Assembly (NCBI GenBank): GCA_965218425.1
Contig: OZ244621.1
Location: 3,072,001 to 3,136,000, forward strand
Length of the DNA: 64,000 nucleotides
Source: an uncultured Candidatus Binatia bacterium
GTDB taxonomy: Bacteria > Desulfobacterota > Binatia > UBA9968 > CAXXLF01
Reading direction: 5' to 3'
Positions 61,680 through 64,000 of the stretch are shown here, piece after piece (positions within the stretch are counted from its first letter, which is position 1; the number at the start of each line of letters is the position of its first letter). The position numbers and the translations under genes are program-made. The notes under the pieces are model-generated. The model saw nothing but the letters and a program-made list of their open reading frames with translations. It was not told where the DNA came from and did not search any database.

Positions 61680-62155
61680 AACTCTTCTCGACGAATTCTT
61701 TCTATAATATTTGTGGTAGAGTGGCCTGAAAGGAAGGGTAAGGCAACCACTTTACCTCCATGACCCTCTACAGTATCTTTACCGATGATATGGTCTTGAG
61801 TCCAATCTCCCCCCTTGACCAAAACGTTTGGCTGAAGGGCCCCTATAAGTTCAGCCGGGTCAGCCTGGAAAAAAACCGTAACATAGTCTACCATCTCCAA
61901 GGATGCAATCAACTCCGCCCTTTCCGTCTCCGGGAGAATCGGGCGGTTTGGGCCTTTGATTTTCTTAACCGAACTGTCGCTATTGAGGGCTACGATGAGA
62001 AGATCCCCGAGTTTTTTTGCTTCCCTCAGTAGATGAACGTGTCCGAGATGAAGAAGATCAAAACAACCGTTGGTAAAGACAATTTTTTGATTTTTGAATT
62101 TGGCCTTTGTGGCGATGGACCTAAGCTCACCAAGCTTTTTGATCTTTCCCGGCAC
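61637..62155 (-). CDS. rfaE2: Heptose 1-phosphate adenylyltransferase (HldE adenylyltransferase domain only)
   Basis: [33 protein letters not shown]. Confidence 0.95.
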   Translation of the reverse strand: MPGKIKKLGELRSIATKAKFKNQKIVFTNGCFDLLHLGHVHLLREAKKLGDLLIVALNSDSSVKKIKGPNRPILPETERAELIASLEMVDYVTVFFQADPAELIGALQPNVLVKGGDWTQDHIIGKDTVEGHGGKVVALPFLSGHSTTNIIERIRREELWQESAQSAAKGDP

Positions 62156-62337
62156 GTTAGATGGGTACCATGTCCCTAGTACGAATGCAATAACATGGGA
62201 TCACTCCGGGTGGCCGGGTGGGTGCAAAATTAGGGGTGCTTATTGACCGCCGCAGGGTTGAACATCCGGCCAAAATTCGCTAAGGGTTATAACTCTCAAA
62301 GCTTTGCATTTTTGGCTCATTTAGATCGGAGGAAGTT

Positions 62338-63777
62338 ATGGAATATAGGGATCTCAGGGAGTGGATCGCCAAGGCTGAATCCATGGGGGAACTAAAATCC
62401 CTGAACAAGTGCCACTGGAACCTAGAGATTGGTGCCGTCACGGAGCTGGTACATCACCAGGAAGATGGTCCGGCGGTCCTGTTCGATGAAATCAAGGACT
62501 ATCCCAAGGGTTATCGTGTATTGTCCAATTCCTTAAGCTCCAGGCGCCGCATGGGACTCACCTTGGGGCTCCCCCCTGGCGAGCATAAGATGGAGTTCGT
62601 TCGGACCTGGCGGGAGAGATACAAACAGATCAAACCCATCCCCCCCAAATACGTCAAGGACAGCCCACTGTACGAAAACGTTTATGATGAAAAGGACATC
62701 GATCTTTTCAAGTTTCCAACCCCCCTGTGGCACGATCACGATGGAGGCCGCTATATCGGGACGGGTAGCATCGACATCACGCGTGATCCTGATGAAGATT
62801 GGGTCAATTGGGGAACCTATCGAGTGATGATTCATGATCCGAGGACGGTTGGATTTTACATTTCTCCGGGAAAGCATGGACGCATTCAGCGGGAAAAGTA
62901 TTCAAACACTGGGAGACAGTGTAAAATTGCCATGTCCTTTGGCCATGATCCCCTTATCTTTCTTGGCGGAAGCATTGAGGTCCCTTATGGTGTGGCGGAA
63001 TACGAGTTCATCGGTGGCGTAAGGGACGAACCCCTGGAGCTGATCAAAGGGGAGTATACGGGCCTTCCTATTCCTGCCCATGCTGAAATCGTAGTGGAAG
63101 GGGACGTATCCTTCGATGAGCCGAGGACTGAAGGGCCCTTCGGCGAGTGGACCGGCTATTACGCCAGCGCAGAAAGACCCGAGCCCATTGTCAGAATCAA
63201 AAAGTTATATCATCGTAACGATCCCATTATTCTGGGTTCTCCTCCGGGAAAACCACCCGTGGAGTTGGGCTGGTACCGTTCTTATCTGCGCTCCGCCCTA
63301 ATTTGGGATGAGATGGAGAAGGCGGGGGTCCCGGATGTGAAAGGGGTTTGGCTGATGGTTTCGGGCGGTAGTCGGCTTGTGCTTGTGGTTGCCATCAAAC
63401 AACGCTATCCGGGCCATGCACGCCAGGCGGCACTGGTTGCCTCCCAATGTCATGCTGGCGCTTATTTAGGTCGCTACGTGATCGTTGTGGATGACGATAT
63501 CGATCCGTCCAACACGGATGAGGTCCTGTGGGCCACCGCGTCTCGTTCCGATCCCGAACAGGACATCGACATTATCCGCCGCTGCTGGAGTGGGCCTTTA
63601 GATCCTATCATTCACCCCAGTCAGAAGGGGTTCAATTCGCGTGCCATCATCGATGCCTGTCGCCCCTTCGAGTGGATTAAAGACTTTCCCAGGGTGTCGG
63701 CTTCGAGTCAAGACGTCCTCGACGCCACCTCGAAAAAATGGGGTAAAATACTCTTTAGCAGCAACGGGAAAGTATAG
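62338..63777 (+). CDS. UbiD-family decarboxylase
   Basis: YRDLREW, GGRYIGT, GTYR, EGPFGEWTGYY, VDDDIDP, IIDAC. Confidence 0.93.
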   Translation: MEYRDLREWIAKAESMGELKSLNKCHWNLEIGAVTELVHHQEDGPAVLFDEIKDYPKGYRVLSNSLSSRRRMGLTLGLPPGEHKMEFVRTWRERYKQIKPIPPKYVKDSPLYENVYDEKDIDLFKFPTPLWHDHDGGRYIGTGSIDITRDPDEDWVNWGTYRVMIHDPRTVGFYISPGKHGRIQREKYSNTGRQCKIAMSFGHDPLIFLGGSIEVPYGVAEYEFIGGVRDEPLELIKGEYTGLPIPAHAEIVVEGDVSFDEPRTEGPFGEWTGYYASAERPEPIVRIKKLYHRNDPIILGSPPGKPPVELGWYRSYLRSALIWDEMEKAGVPDVKGVWLMVSGGSRLVLVVAIKQRYPGHARQAALVASQCHAGAYLGRYVIVVDDDIDPSNTDEVLWATASRSDPEQDIDIIRRCWSGPLDPIIHPSQKGFNSRAIIDACRPFEWIKDFPRVSASSQDVLDATSKKWGKILFSSNGKV

Positions 63778-64000
63778 CTGGCCCTGGGGGGGCTTGAATG
63801 GGGCCTCATTCCTAGTGCTCTAATTCGCGAATCCGCTTAGGTGTTGTTGCGGATCCTGGGCAAGTTGTGGGACAAATACTGAGTCCTGACGCAACGGATT
63901 TATGAATGGAAGGACTTAGGAGGGAAGATTCATAACGACCGTCTCAGGTTTGCCGTTTCGCCGTATCTTCATCTTTATTTTGCCGGGTTTTTGGGCCTTG

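Noticed and set aside
1..64000. CRISPR arrays, rRNA, tRNA, prophage or defence islands
   Set aside because: No regularly spaced repeats, RNA-gene signatures, or phage, cas or defence proteins were recognised by eye.

Overview
A 64-kb chromosomal segment from a diderm, LPS-making bacterium. Gene content and order suggest a deltaproteobacterium-like lineage such as Ca. Binatia; this is inference only. Core content: uvrB-uvrC-comEC; hisS-aspS; def; an Rrf2-led suf operon (sufBCDSU, sufT, DUF59, Rieske ferredoxin); lysS-lolC/E-lolD-bamA-skp; a long lipid A and LPS-core cluster; yicC-gmk-rel; rpmB; and two UbiD-family decarboxylases. Two accessory patches (about 0-5.9 kb and 12.5-18.4 kb) hold catabolic-type enzymes and several decaying elements: BsuPI-like and MetE2-like pseudogenes, a PIN-toxin fragment, a 172-bp IS4-type MITE with a 9-bp target duplication, and a dead IS3 abutting a truncated deiodinase-like gene. 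The most notable observation is a stand-alone, Cys-enriched NuoB paralogue between rrf2 and sufB. A shared 19-bp pseudo-palindrome lies both in the rrf2 promoter and just upstream of the nuoB-like gene, suggesting it is a regulated part of this Fe-S assembly system. No rRNA, tRNA or CRISPR array was recognised. All calls come from motif recognition by eye; no searches were run.
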